A program made the translations under genes and the position numbers. A DNA stretch of 64,000 nucleotides from Intoshia linei. Taxonomy: Eukaryota; Animalia; Orthonectida. The first letter of the stretch is position 1, and the number at the start of each line of letters is the position of its first letter. The stretch lies in assembly GCA_001642005.1 (NCBI GenBank), contig LWCA01000004.1:1-64000 (forward strand), in the 5' to 3' direction. This document shows, piece after piece, positions 40,001 through 53,517 of this stretch. The notes under the pieces are model-generated. The model was given only the letters and a program-made list of their open reading frames with translations. It had not been told where the DNA came from and made no database searches.

Positions 40001-41934
40001 TCGGTGTATGTGCATGTCTGTCTGTGTTACCGTTTATTAACAAAATTAAAAGTCGTAGAATTTAAACAAACCCAATTTCTATTACATTTTTTCCTAGGAC
40101 GTAGGACTCTTATTTACCAAAGGTTTATTAGGTTCATTATGTTCATTAGAAAAATACTGTAATTATAAATTAAGACTTGAAAAATTTTTCTTGTAAGCTT
40201 ATTCATTTGAATATGCCTTCTCGATTCATTGGTCGAAAATTTATTAAAAACAGTTTTATAATTATTCAAACGTATCATTATTATGAGACGTGTTAATGAT
40301 ATGATATATCAGACTCCTACATCATCGAGATATTATTAATGTATTGAATTATAATTAATAAATGATTTTTGATAAGATCAAATACTGTTCATTTTTGTTT
40401 ATGTATGAAATATTGTACCAAAGACTTGTAGTGTAATTTTCAAAAAATTTAGTGTTTGGCGTAAAGACGTATGTCATAACTCATGATAAACTCATTTTTT
40501 CAAGTTTGTAAACTACTTTTTTGATGAATTTTTGATGAATGTACTAGTATTAGATTATACTGTACAAATTCATCTCACACCCTGAAATTCGTGGTTGAAA
40601 ATTGGAAATCTTCTCAACCTATCGAAATTAATATTATAAAACTTATCCGTAATGTATCTACGCTGGTCAACAGATATATCCTCTCAAATTATTGATTATA
40701 ATTATATTGAAATCTCAGAATTTCTAAATGATGTAGTATTTGTTTCGTTATAAATATATTTATATTGCTAATTTCATTAATGTTTATTTTCCATTATTAA
40801 TTCCATTGATGTCTGAATATTAATTAACAATTAGCTTAAAATATTAACAAAATAAATAAATATAATCTGTAATCTGTAAATAACAAAATAATATTAATAA
40901 GAACCGATCTATTGATTTAAATATATATTATATTTATATAATCCCAGACGTTACAAAATGTAACGTAGCAATTAACTTGGGAATACGTTATGAATTAAAA
41001 ATATTAATAAAATATCTAGATAATTGCAAATACATTAATGTGAGCGGTCAAAACAATCCAACGTTTTATAGTATGGAACAATGCCCAAAAAATGAAAATT
41101 TCTCACAGCCATGCGAAGACATGTGGAACCAAAAGCATTGTTTAAACAAAAATGTAAACTCTCATAATATTCAACACCCATACCAATGGATGAATGTTCA
41201 ACATAATACTCCTGCAGAACCAAGTAATTTTAAATTTATACATTGTTGATGATTTGTTTATTATGACATGTAAAATCATAAACAATAATTTGTAACAATT
41301 TTAATATTAAGAATACGTTGGGGAGTTATTTAAACAGTGTTAATTACATTTTATGGTTATAATGGGCAATTTGTTCAATATTAACAAATTGACTGATTCG
41401 TATATAATTCTATTCGATTAAATTGTGAATGTAATATAAAATATGTAATTCAGATCGCACACGTACCAAAGAAAAATATCGAATTGTTTATACGGATTTG
41501 CAAAGATTAGAATTGGAAAAAGAATTTCATTTCAGTCATTATATAACAATCCGCCGTAAAGGTGAAATTTCAAGAATGCTTGGATTGTCAGAAAGACAGG
41601 TCAAAATTTGGTTTCAAAATAGGTAATTTCTATTGTCTATAATCAATTTTAATTTATTAATTATTTCAAAATTATAAACATTCAATATCAATAATATATA
41701 TGCATAATATATATTGTTACAATTGAATATTTAATCAACATGAAACAATATATGAATATTGAACATTATTATCAGAATGAAAATAATTCTTTTACTGTTT
41801 TTGTTTATTGTGAGTTAAATTAATTAATTCACAATGTCTAATTTTTAATTTTTTACATTCTAAATATATTCTTTAGAAGAGCTAAGGAAAGAAAAATATC
41901 TAGAAAAAGCAATGATGAAGTTCAAGAAAATTAA
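37093..41934 (+). CDS. Cdx: Caudal/Cdx ParaHox homeobox protein, ~447 aa; exons 37093-38005, 41020-41223, 41454-41622, 41877-41934
   Basis: Hexapeptide PYQWM, then [62 protein letters not shown] (Cdx-diagnostic). All splice phases are consistent; inclusion of exon 1 is inferred from phase. Confidence 0.95.
38987..40110 (-). mobile_element. Helitron in Cdx intron 1
   Basis: a|ctaggttgattgttatgtactacgtacaaac terminus plus family body. Confidence 0.8.
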
Positions 41935-42067
41935 TAATTTTATTTAAACTGAATATTGTTTATAATAAAATAATTATATTTGTATCATTTTGATCAATTT
42001 ATATATTCGTCTATCATACAGGGTTGATCATTCATATTATGATAATATTAATGTATATTCTCATTTT

Positions 42068-43075
42068 AGTATTGTTAACTGTTATGTACTACGTACAAAC
42101 AGTAGTTATCTCTGCCGAAAGAACATTTTTATTCTATCAAAAAAATAATTCTATAAGAAAATCTAACTTTAAAAATGTTACTATTCACTATTTTAATAAT
42201 CAATCCTTTAAAGGTATAATCCCAAACTTGTTTCACGTAGATCCGTCATATTACATTAGCTTTTAATTTAAAGTGAATTTTACATATTAATTTTAATTGG
42301 TTAACATTTGTGTAAAGAATTTTAAAAACACTTGTCCTATTTTTTAATTTATTAGACAAAATGTCTGTATAATCATTACTTACATAAATATTTGTATATT
42401 GTATATAAAGTAAAATGGTTAAAAATGTATGTCTCTTTGTTTATTTAAGAAAGTAATTTACAAATCCACATTCTTATAGTTTTCCAGTGTGATTTTTTAT
42501 TGGAAATGTCAATTTCAGAAATTGAGTCCTCCAAGGTTTAAAACCACAATTATTCTTTGTTTTTAAATTCAAATCCGTCCTAGAATTATAAAAAATACAT
42601 ATTCTAATAGAAAGTTTTAAGTTCATATATATTGTGATAATTTTCAATTTCAAAATCTTATATCTTCAGGGTCAAAACCACAAATTACCCTTTTTAATCA
42701 AAATTAAGAAAGTTTTATTTTATACAACATAAATTCTTGGATTGTTTTTGAATTCATAAGCATTATCATAAACGGTTACTTCAAAAAAGGTAATTTCTAC
42801 GTTCAAAACCCAGATTACCCTTTTTTTTAAAAATGAAAACAGCCCTAGAATATAAAAAATTACAGATACAGTTATATCCTGTTAACACACAAAAAAATGT
42901 TAATCTGAATAAGTGACGCCTTCAAGATTAAAAAATAAGATTATTCTCATAGAGCTTATTCAAGTTGGTATAAATACAAAATTTAACCCCAGAAATCTAC
43001 GCATTCTCGGTGAAAAATAATTTTTAATATATTATCAACCAATATTTTTTAAACGTCGGATTAAAATTAAAAATG
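42068..43075. mobile_element. Degenerate Helitron pieces in both orientations, 3' of Cdx
   Basis: ctgttatgtactacgtacaaacag hairpin near 42080; ccagaaatctacgcattc module near 42990. Confidence 0.65.
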
Positions 43076-45656
43076 AAAAATTTCGTCAGACTCTCCTCCA
43101 GGAAAGAGGTCGATACGTTATATTCGGCAATGTTGGAAGGTGCAGCGGATCTAGGTGAAATGCAGGGTGCGGTCTTTCAAAAATATTGGAATAGAGAGTT
43201 TTCCTTAATTGTAGATAAAATTGGATTTTTTATTTTGTGTTTGGATTAAGTGAGGTTTTCAAAAATATATTGAAAAAAGGGGATTTTTCCCTTGTGTGAC
43301 GGTTCTAAAATAATATTAATTTATAACTATAATTGCAAATAATAATGACTTCGTCAAACCATAATATTTATACCATTCAAATCTACATGAAATTATCGAT
43401 TTAATGATATAACTCAAGTTTAGGTGTTTTTCAGAATGAGCACCGTGTAATTTATCAGTCCACGGATTACATAAAATTATACGATTGAATTCACGATAAT
43501 GCACTCTTAACTGAATTTAAATAATTTTTAACAAATGTAAATGCGGTAAATTTAATCGAACCATTTTTAAAATTATTTTTTTCTATTCTAAAGATGGTCT
43601 TTCTGTATGTAAGTCTCCACCTGAGGTGGAAACCTTTTTGAGATAAGGGGATGATTTCGGGATATTTATATTAATTATTTCGAACGTTTAAACCAGTGTT
43701 TCTTAGATTTTTTGATGACAGATCCCCAAAAAAATGAACATTGTACGATTCAAATGTAATTTAATACATGTAAGATACAATACCAAGTTATAGTATACAA
43801 CACTGCATTATTAATTCATACATTTCAATTTATCTGATTTAAAAATTGCGATTAAATCAAAAAGTATAAAAGGTTACAGTTTACAGTTACAATAAAATAA
43901 AAAAAAAAATTACTTTAAATGAATTTAAACTCATTCCTTTAATATGGTAAAACTTAAATTTGAATATATTATGCATTGAAATTTAATTTTTTCAAAATAT
44001 TTTCCATTTAAGAGAATGATATTACTGTATAGTTAATTTACGACTGCAGTATCCGAGATGATCATATAGCTCTCGGGCCAGATGTCGTTATTATATTGCA
44101 CACAGTTTTAAAGGCATCTGCAACATTGCATTAGCTTTGTTGAGCAAAGAATATGTTATAAATGGGTAGCGTTCGCGCACCCCTTTATTAATTAATGAAA
44201 GATTTTTTATTTGGAAACTCTTTTTTAATTTTACACAAAATATAGCACTTAATATTAAATGTGTTTATTATCGTTGATTATTTACATTCATTTATTTAAG
44301 ATATTTAGACTGCGTGTGGTCAAATTTCCGATTTGTGTATATCCCATCATATCCAACTACTAAATATGAATATAACAATAAGTGTAAAACTTAAAATTCC
44401 ACGGAACCCCATTTCTCCTAAACCTTTCGCGGTCTCATTAAAAATGTCTTAATTTAACCAGGTTGAGTAATTTGTTTCATTATAATTATAATTTTCTCTA
44501 TGTTCAATGAACATTGTTCATCTTGCATATAATGGACTAGGTTGACTGTTATGTACTACGTACAAACAGGACATAGCTCTGCTGAGAGGACATTTTTATG
44601 CTACAGTTTTAGGGCGACAGATATCATGCTAGGTAAAATAATAAAAATATATTTTTCTAACTTTAAGTGAACTTTTTAGTCTGGCAAACAATGTTTTTAA
44701 AAAAACACATACTATTATAATGTGTATATTAATTCACTTATCTACTTTTAATAATAAAAAAAATTTCAGACAGTCGCGAAAATTATTTTGATAAAAAGTT
44801 GGTCGTGAAGTTGTATCAGTTGGGAACCACTGTAATAATTGGATTTTTAGAAATATATCGGATAAAAAATGAAATTTTCTTTAAGACTTTGAATTTCAAA
44901 GTTTGAAATGGTATTTTTTATTAACAATAAACAAAATTGTAAATATTAAATTTTATTAATGCTACCGTGAAATTATTAATAGTACTATTTTTTCAGTTAA
45001 ATATATTAATCGTCTAGGATTTCAGATAAAATCACAACATCTAACAACTCTGCTCAGTGGACAAAAGTGTTAATAGATTAAACGTGATAAGTGATAAATA
45101 ATAAATTTGTATGTAAGTTGAGTTTTGACAAAATACCATTCTCGATTTTATTTCACCGTTGCACCATTACCTGGCATCAGCATTATGAATCAGTATTATT
45201 ATTGAATTTATTTTTTGATTAGAATTAAAAAATTTTACATAATTAATATTAATTATCATTTATATTGTTATTATAATATTAATTAAATATAATTATATAT
45301 ATATTAATTTATCATATTAAACTATGTTAAAGCTATGATGATATTTGTACAAAGTACATAACAAAGAAGCTAGTTTATTATAAAATCAGTATCATAAAAA
45401 CAACTTTAAAATTTCGCTGATCTATTCCTCCCAAAATCTTGTTTTATAGCATCATGATATTTGAAAATTCTATGTGTTTTAAATGTGGCCCATAATATGA
45501 TTGAATTATCACACTCTTATCAAAGAAACTAAAATCTGCGTACTTGAAATATACATGCAAAACAACACGAAATGTACAGGATGATGAAATAAATGTAAAA
45601 TAAAATGTAATACATATATAATATATTACATAACTCTATCTACTAATGACAATAAA

Positions 45657-47638
45657 TTAGAAATACTTTTTAATGATTTCAGAAATGGACAAAGGATCAA
45701 TTTGAAGATGATCACCGCGAACTTTGATGCAAATCATATTATTTGAATCATACAAATTTTTAAGTCCAATAGTATCTTTAACATAAATATCACTTTGTAC
45801 AAAAGGTTGAATAGTATTTTCATAACCATTTTTCAATTCATAATATTCAAAACATTCACTTTGCCTTGGTTCAACAACAGAATCATTCAAAAACTGCACC
45901 ATAATCAATCGTTTAAAATTTACATTTGGTCCAAAATGATTCATGAACCCTGAAAAAGTTTTTCTACGATACAAATCTTCAAATTTTACATTATGCCAAT
46001 ATGAAAATACTGATATAATTTGACATATTATATCAGTTTCATATACATTATCAGATATATTAAAAATATCTATAATAATATCGCATATTTTACAATGAGG
46101 TACTTTGGCTATGCCACGATGTGGCGCACCAATTGTCAGTAAATTATTTATTTTTGGTACATCAATGCATGTTTGACTCAAAGTTCTGAAAAATAAACCT
46201 CCTTGAGATAACCCTATGGCGTCATATCCTTTCAAAAATTTATCTTCATTTTCCTTTAACCACATACACGCCATACTGGTTTGAAATAACGGCACAAAAT
46301 TAGATAGGAATGAATCAAATATGAATGAATTTGTCAATTTTATTGGATACACTCTTCGTTTCGTCAAAACTTGCAATTTTTTAATGAATTTATCCAAATT
46401 TGCAAAATTATCATTTATACCTAATGTACATTTATTAAATAATTTTAACAATGACTAAGGACAGCTTAAACCAAGACGGAATACGAGGCGTTCTAGTAAA
46501 AAAAATTGTGGGCGGGATTTTTTTTTTGTTCTAAGATTCGTAGGCAGTGAAAGAATTGACAAAAAAATATATTTTAGGATATTAGAAGGGTTATTAATCA
46601 ATCAAATTGAAAAAAACTTGATATTATTTATGTGTAAACTTATTTATTTATTATAAACGTGTGACCCTTTTATGCCCTTGTACTTTATGTTTGACCCTGT
46701 TAATATAACGTTTTCGTAAAATAGGAAATTGTTTCATGAAAGGATTATAATCAGTAAAAACTAGTGACCAAAAAGTTTCAAAAACAACAGAAAGAAGAAA
46801 AAAAAAATTTGGCAATTGAGTGGTTGTAATTACGATAAAAAAAATTCCAATATATATAATCAAGAAAAAAGAATGGAAATTCAACTATTTGATGTTATTT
46901 TATTTTTTTATTATTATATTGTATTTTTCATTGTTTTTGTATGTTTATTTTGTGAAATTAAATCAAAATTTATAATAATTATTCATTTAAACTGAAAATA
47001 TCAAGTTTTTTTCAATTTGATTGCTTAATAACCCTTCTAATATCCTAAAATAATTTTTTTGTCAAGTCTTTCATTTGCTTAATTATTAATTTGTAATAAT
47101 CTTAAAACAAAAAAAAATCCTGCCCAAAATCTTTTTTACTAGAACGCCTCGTATTCCGTCCTGGCTTAAGCTGTCCTTGCAATGACTAAGGTACAATAAT
47201 TTACAAAATTATAATTTAAATGTAAATTCAGTAATTTACATACAGTCTAATTCAGGTTTCTTTTAATTTTTCCAACACCCTGTAAAAATTACCACCTGAA
47301 AATAATACTTAAAAATTGATTTATATTGTCATTTTTAAAACCCACCAGTAAATACAGAATGTGTAGAAAGTGAATGTACTGTATTAAGTAATATTAATTA
47401 GAATTTACTTATAACTATCAAAATGTTAGGCTGTTTAAATTTTAGTTTATGCACCTTTACACCTTTGATAAACAATTGTAATTTACTTTATTTAAATTAG
47501 ATTAATAAAATGTTTATAAAGCATACCATGCCATATAACGATTGGCAATTGGTCATCTTCCGCCTCTTCATTATATTTATAAACTACTGCCTGAAGTTTC
47601 AACCTTAGGAATAAAAAAATTAAAGTAAACAGTAGCAT
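45657..47638 (-). CDS. PPT1: Palmitoyl-protein thioesterase (PPT1-like); exons 47638-47527 and 46420-45657
   Basis: Signal peptide plus DQLPIVIWH-G, spliced (phase 1) to INDN. Nucleophile elbow GLSQGGLFFR, GAPHRG, FLNDSVVEP (Asp) and GDHLQ (His). Confidence 0.92.
46456..47179. mobile_element. Non-autonomous TIR element, P-superfamily-like, in the PPT1 intron
   Basis: ~170-bp TIRs starting (t/c)aaggacagcttaa..gacggaatacgaggcgttctagtaaaa; perfect 7-bp direct repeat caatgac on both sides. Confidence 0.8.
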
Positions 47639-48474
47639 TGATGGTTTCAATCTTTAATTTAATTGAAAATGACAGTATACATGTACTTTATTTTAATTTA
47701 ATTTATACAAACCGTTGGTATCTAGTGTTTCCTAGTTTTTGTGATGATGATATTTTAAAAAAATTGAAAATCAGTATCAGAAACTTGATAAAATATACAA
47801 ATTTAATAAACGTTGCATTTCATTTTAATATTTGGTTTATTTTTTATACGTAGTTTTAAATTTTTTGGACAGAGATTCGAACAGGGGTCCTTACAGGGCA
47901 TGGACCCTTAAAATTTGATTGGAAATTTTTAATTATTTATTTTCATTACATTAATATATAGTACTATTTTGGTTTTTTTGTACTTCGTACAAACAGCACC
48001 TAGCTCTGCTGAGAGTGGACTTATTCTACAAATAAATTAAATTCAAAAATAAAACCTTAATTAAAAATGCTACTGATTATTAACAATCATTTAAAGAAGT
48101 CATTCCTAAACTTGAATTTCACATTACCTTTTAATTTAAAATGAATAATTACCACTTAATTTCATTTGGCTAGCATTTTTGTATGGAATTTTAAAAACAA
48201 TTTTGTGATCCAATTTATTTAATTTATTAGAGATAATGAGTGTATAATCTTAAAAATAAAGCTGAAATAGTAAATCCTAAAAATTGTAAATAAACCCGTA
48301 TATTCAGCATCTGATTTCGATGAGTAAAAAATATTAATTTTGTATTAATAATTAACGAAAGCAGCAGCTTAAAAACATATTTCGGATGAATTTTACCAAA
48401 ATATTCAACATAACTACATTTATTAGTGTAACAATCTAACATTTAAATTACATTAGTTACATTAAATACAACTA

Positions 48475-49142
48475 TTAGGCGTTTCATAAGTAATGTCGTT
48501 TTTTTAACAAAATTAAAAAGTTTATTTGATTACATTAAAAATAAAGTTATATTATAAAATATTCAACATTGCTTTCCAGTCTTTTTTCAACGTTCCGGTA
48601 GTCTATTTATACCATTAGCATAAAAACTCACTACTTTATTGGACAAAAACTTTTCTATGTCCAATTTTAACCTTTCATTTTAATTGTATTTTTTACCGTA
48701 GTAATTGTTACTCATAGCTTTAAATAGGTAATAATCAGATGGTGCTAAGTCTGGTGAATACGGTGGATGTGGTAATACTTCAAATTTTAACTCCTTTAGA
48801 AGCTGAGAGGTTTTTTTAGAAGTGTGAGGTCTAGCATTGTCTTGTTGTAGAATAATATTGCCTTTGCGAAACTTTAGTGGTCTTTTCAGATAAATATTGT
48901 CATTTAATTTTTCTATATGTTCACAGTATTTATCAGAATTAATGGTTTCTTTGTTTTTTAAAAATTCATGATATACCACACCCTCCATATCCAACCATAT
49001 GCATAGCATAATCTTTTTACAGTGTAAATTGGGTTTTGGGGTACATAATGGGGATTTATTTGGTGAAAGCCATTGTTTTTTCAATTTTGTGTTATCCCAT
49101 AATACCCATTTTTCATCTCCTGTGATAATTTGTTCTAAAAAT
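48475..49142 (-). mobile_element. mariner (DD34D) transposon, 3' half
   Basis: ITGDEKW, QQDNARPH and HPPYSPDLAPSDYYLF; TA|ttaggcgtttcataag terminus; cut at N 49143. Confidence 0.92.
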
Positions 49143-49577
49143 NTACATTTAATTATAACTATTATTTTATACATTTATTAGTAATAAATTATTACGTTAT
49201 GCTTTTTATTGATTGTTTATCAGTATTTTAAAGCCAAATAACTAAGTAATATTTTCTCATTATAATTTAAAAATATTAAAATTAAAAATATTGTGAAATT
49301 ATTAAATTTATCAACTTCGCAAAATTTCTACTCGTGCTGAGCACGAGTGGCACGAGGTGGAGAGTCACCACTGGGTGTTTTAAATTTAGCTGTAAAAATG
49401 AAATAAATCATATATTTGTACTTTAAACCTAAAACGATGGTTAGCACATTATTGTAATGATCCTGGTGTACACTGTAAATACATTAATAAACGCTATACA
49501 TAATATTAATATTTGCAAACTAGGTATACTCTACATTTGGTAAAAATTGAAATATTAACATTAATAGTTTAATAGAA

Positions 49578-50375
49578 ATGAAAAGAATGAAAAACACATT
49601 GATACACATTTTACTAGTTTTTCTAATGTTTAGAAGCACTTACAATATTGACTATACACCGTTATTGAAATCGATATATCAGATAAATTTGCCGTGTTTC
49701 ATTATGGCTGGTTATAACTCTGTTACCATAAATGGTTTGGAAGCTAAAATCATCGGAAATTTTATGAAAAAGATGATTTCAATTTGTGCGATATATTTGG
49801 TAAAAACGCCATCTGATAATGTATTGACTATGCACAATGATATCTATAGCAATATTAACACAAAGTATTGTATAACATTTAACACTTTATATTTGGTTGG
49901 ACCATCATTATATGAACTTATTTCTTTTATTTATGCTAAATATTTCAATTTAGTATTGGTGGTTTTAAGTATACTTAATGATTTGCCAAAATTTGGAATA
50001 TTTGATATAGTCAATTATAGATTAATATTTATTTTTATTCAGTCAGCATACTCCATTTTTTTAAACATTTTTTTTGCTGTGACTAAGGTGAGTATTATTC
50101 CATTTGTAGTTTACATGGCCAGCTTGTTTTATGTTCCAATAGTCATGATTTACGATATAGCAGGCTCAATTATCAATACGGAATATACTAATGGCAGGTC
50201 TTTGAATAATTGTTTTGGTTCAAATCAAGATATCTTTTTGTGTGTGTTTAAAATACCTGATGTATCTGATTTAAAGGAAATTATTAAGCTAGAAATAGTC
50301 AAGTTTTTAAAGACGTTAGATATTTACATTATTTATGGAGTTATCGTCGAAAACAAAACTTTCTTTAAAATTTAA
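49578..50375 (+). CDS. Intronless orphan membrane protein B (265 aa)
   Basis: 798-bp open frame, signal-like N-terminus and 3-4 hydrophobic segments; shares short motifs with ORF 21352-22392. Confidence 0.65.
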   Translation: MKRMKNTLIHILLVFLMFRSTYNIDYTPLLKSIYQINLPCFIMAGYNSVTINGLEAKIIGNFMKKMISICAIYLVKTPSDNVLTMHNDIYSNINTKYCITFNTLYLVGPSLYELISFIYAKYFNLVLVVLSILNDLPKFGIFDIVNYRLIFIFIQSAYSIFLNIFFAVTKVSIIPFVVYMASLFYVPIVMIYDIAGSIINTEYTNGRSLNNCFGSNQDIFLCVFKIPDVSDLKEIIKLEIVKFLKTLDIYIIYGVIVENKTFFKI

Positions 50376-52088
50376 TGTTAGTTTTGATTAAATTGTTTCC
50401 TTTTGTCTAATTTTTTTCAGTTTTGTGTTTTTATTTATTTATCTTCTATGCAGTATAGAAAACTGAAAATTGCAAGCATAATTCTGTATTGCATTATTTT
50501 AAAAACATTTATGCGTAGTTTTTTTAATTCAGAGGAATGTGTCTTTATTGATTAATTGATTAGACTATTTATTTCAACGAGAGTTTAATATACATTATCT
50601 CCCTGGTAGAATAATATATGCATGATGCTCTATAATTACAATAATAAATAAAAAAATTTTAATTAAAGTCAAATCATTTAAAATGTCAACACTGTCGGCA
50701 AGATAATGAATTACAAAATTGATAATGTACTCTAATATAGAAACAATTTAATCTAATATACTACAATACAATGTAAATGTGACAAAATTTTTTAACTAGT
50801 AACTTTGACTAGTAATCAAATGCTTACACAGTACTTTTTTTAGGTATAAAAAAATATTGTGCGTTGCAATTTTACATTAAACTTGATTTTTTGAAAAAAA
50901 TTTTAATGAAACAAGAATTCTTCACATCATTTATCTAGCGTAATATTGTAGTAGCGATTTTCCTTTATCAATGTAATTCGTGTTACAAATTAAAAGATAA
51001 TTCTGATGAGTGATCAACAATTTGCAGGCTTCAACAGACTTTTAAACAAATACTACAAAATTTCTACTCGGACATGTAAATAATCAATTCCTGATGCTAT
51101 TAAAAAACTGGAGTATTTTTTAAACAATCTGGTAAAATGTTCAATTAATATTGTTTATGCGTGCTAAACTAATACAAAATTTAAATTAATAATTTTATTT
51201 TATAATTGCTTGTGTATATAATTATCTTATTATCCAAAGGCATATTTAAATTAATTATAGCTAATCACGATGTACTCAAATTTTGATAAAATAAAATGCG
51301 GCATTATTATATCTTTCAAGTGAGCAATTGTTTGTATCGTTTATAAATTTGTTAATTATATTGTAATTACATATATAAATAGCTAAAGGTGTTTGTATTC
51401 AAATTAATCAAATTTATTGTAATTTTTCTGTCCATAAATATTGATTAATTATATTGCAGTAGTCGTTGAAATAAAGAACACCTTCTAATTTAGTTTTTTC
51501 ACTTTTTTTCATTAGGACTCACTTTGAAGCAATTAAAGCAAATTACAAAATATTAAACATTTTAAATTTTCTGAGTGCTTACTAAAAATTTTTATTATAG
51601 TATAAGAATTAATATAAAAACAAAATTGTCCAAGAAAAGCTGCAAATTTAAGAAAAAAAGCTGTTTTGGCACAAAAAAAATCTAATTTAATTGATCCACT
51701 GTGAAATGGTATATTGCCCGATTTAATTTTTCTTGGACGCTAGACGCACCGGCTGAGAAACGCCGCTCTAATTTAACACCTTTTTGATGTAAACACAAGT
51801 CCACAGCTTTCATTAATGATAATAAATATTGATGCTATTTTTATTAATTTTTCACTTGAGTTGAGACTTGAGTTCACACAATTGAGTAAAAACTGATCAA
51901 ACAAAATAAATGAGAATGTCAAATATTATTAACATATAAATGAGATTAAATCACTCTATTTATATTACTAAAATTGTATTGATTTATTTATAAATGTATT
52001 TTTTGTTTTATTTATAACCAGTAATACGTTTTTGGTAAAATATTTATTGAAAAATAATATTTGATGGAATGAACCTTTGTGGGTTAAA

Positions 52089-52248
52089 GTAAAGTGGCCA
52101 GAAAAATACCTACTATCACTTTTAGTTTATTTGGTATAAATTTTAAGCCGAAAATTTTTATTCGTCATCATTAATAAGTAGTTTTGGCTTTACATTTAAC
52201 ACCAAATAAACTGAAATTGATAGTAAGTATTTTTTCTGGCCACTTTAG
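52089..52248. mobile_element. Foldback MITE (copies at 13103; partial at ~54128 and ~5310)
   Basis: gtaaagtggccagaaaaa...tttttctggccactttag inverted repeat with ~65-bp arms. Confidence 0.75.
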
Positions 52249-52713
52249 TTAAAGCCTTCATGTGCTTGGTTTAACAAATACACTATATTGAATGAAATAA
52301 TGTTCATTTAAGAATGTTGTGAGACTGAAAAAATGCTTCCATCTAAAATTAAATTTAATTGAATCGAAAATGTAGTTGATAAAATCCTTATATAAAGTAA
52401 TTTACTTAAAAATGTATGTCTGTTTATTTATTTATTTGTTTGTTTGTTCCAGTTTATTTAAGAAAGTAAGACGAGTCGAGTTTTAAAACCTCCATATTGT
52501 TTTTACGGTTTTTCGAGAGTGATGTTTTATCGCAAATTATATTTTTACAAAACCCGTCCTAGAATTATAAAAAGTATACAGTCTGATCAAGATTTTAAAA
52601 TCATTAAGAATATGATTATATTCAATTTCAAAATTTTTACTTAACGGCCAAAATCACAAATAAACAAACCCTTTTTAGTAAAAATTATAAAAGTCCTAGA
52701 ATTTTATACAACA

Positions 52714-53056
52714 CTAGGTTGACTGTTATGTACTACGTACAAACAGCACCTAGCTCTGCCGAGGCCACATTTTTATTATACCGAAAAAATAAATTTACGC
52801 TGAAAATCTAACTTAAAAATTTCAACTAAATTCAAATTAAATTCTCCAACTTGTTTGATTTTCAAAAAGAAGGATAATGAGGGTTTTTGATCCGTAAGAT
52901 GTGAAATTGGAAGGTTGAAATTTATCTTATTATACGTCCCAGAAAAAACTGTAATTGAAATGTGGATCTTTAAAAAATTATAAGACTGGTAGTTATTTCA
53001 ATAAAGTGGTAAACACACACAAACAAAAATCGCGTAGCATATTATATAAGTTAAGA
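52714..53056 (-). mobile_element. Complete short Helitron nested in an older Helitron copy (~52405-53480)
   Basis: 5' a|TCTTAACTTATATAA and 3' hairpin CTAG|t; flanks are contiguous family sequence. Confidence 0.8.
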
Positions 53057-53517
53057 TACATTATGGGATAGTTTTTAAAATTATGAGCATTATTATAAAT
53101 GGTAACCTCAAAAAAATCATTTTCACGTCAAAAAAACCTGATTACCCTTTTTTAAAATGAAAACAGCCCTAAAATTTTAATAAAAATTACAGATGATACA
53201 TTGATATACAGTTAACACACACTAAAAATTTCAATCTGACAAAGTGACGCTTTCACGGTCAAAAAAGAAATTTAGTATTCATTTTAGTTAATCTGTAATT
53301 TAAACTATTTATGACAATTTTTTGGATTTACTGTTTTTACTTTATTTTTAAGATTATACAATTATTCTCTAATAAATTTAAAAAGTGGGATCATAGAATT
53401 GTTTTTAAAATTCATTACACAAATGTTAACAAAATAAAATTAAGTGGGAATAATTCACTTTTAATTAAAAGATAACGTAAAATGACCGGTCCGTGGTAAA
53501 AAAAATATCAATTATTA

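Noticed and set aside
43084-43660. GC-richer, coding-like patch, possibly a retroelement remnant
   Set aside because: No recognisable RT/integrase motif or LTR pair.
45657-46451. ORF-track TTG start for PPT1, and the idea that the TIR element disrupts the CDS
   Set aside because: The true exon begins at 46420 after an AG acceptor; the element is intronic and exon 1 is at 47527-47638.
49330-49373. Palindrome actcgtgct-g-agcacgagt with three CACGAG boxes upstream of orphan B
   Set aside because: Ends in ...gtcaccactg, which looks like a hAT terminus, so probably subterminal transposon repeats.
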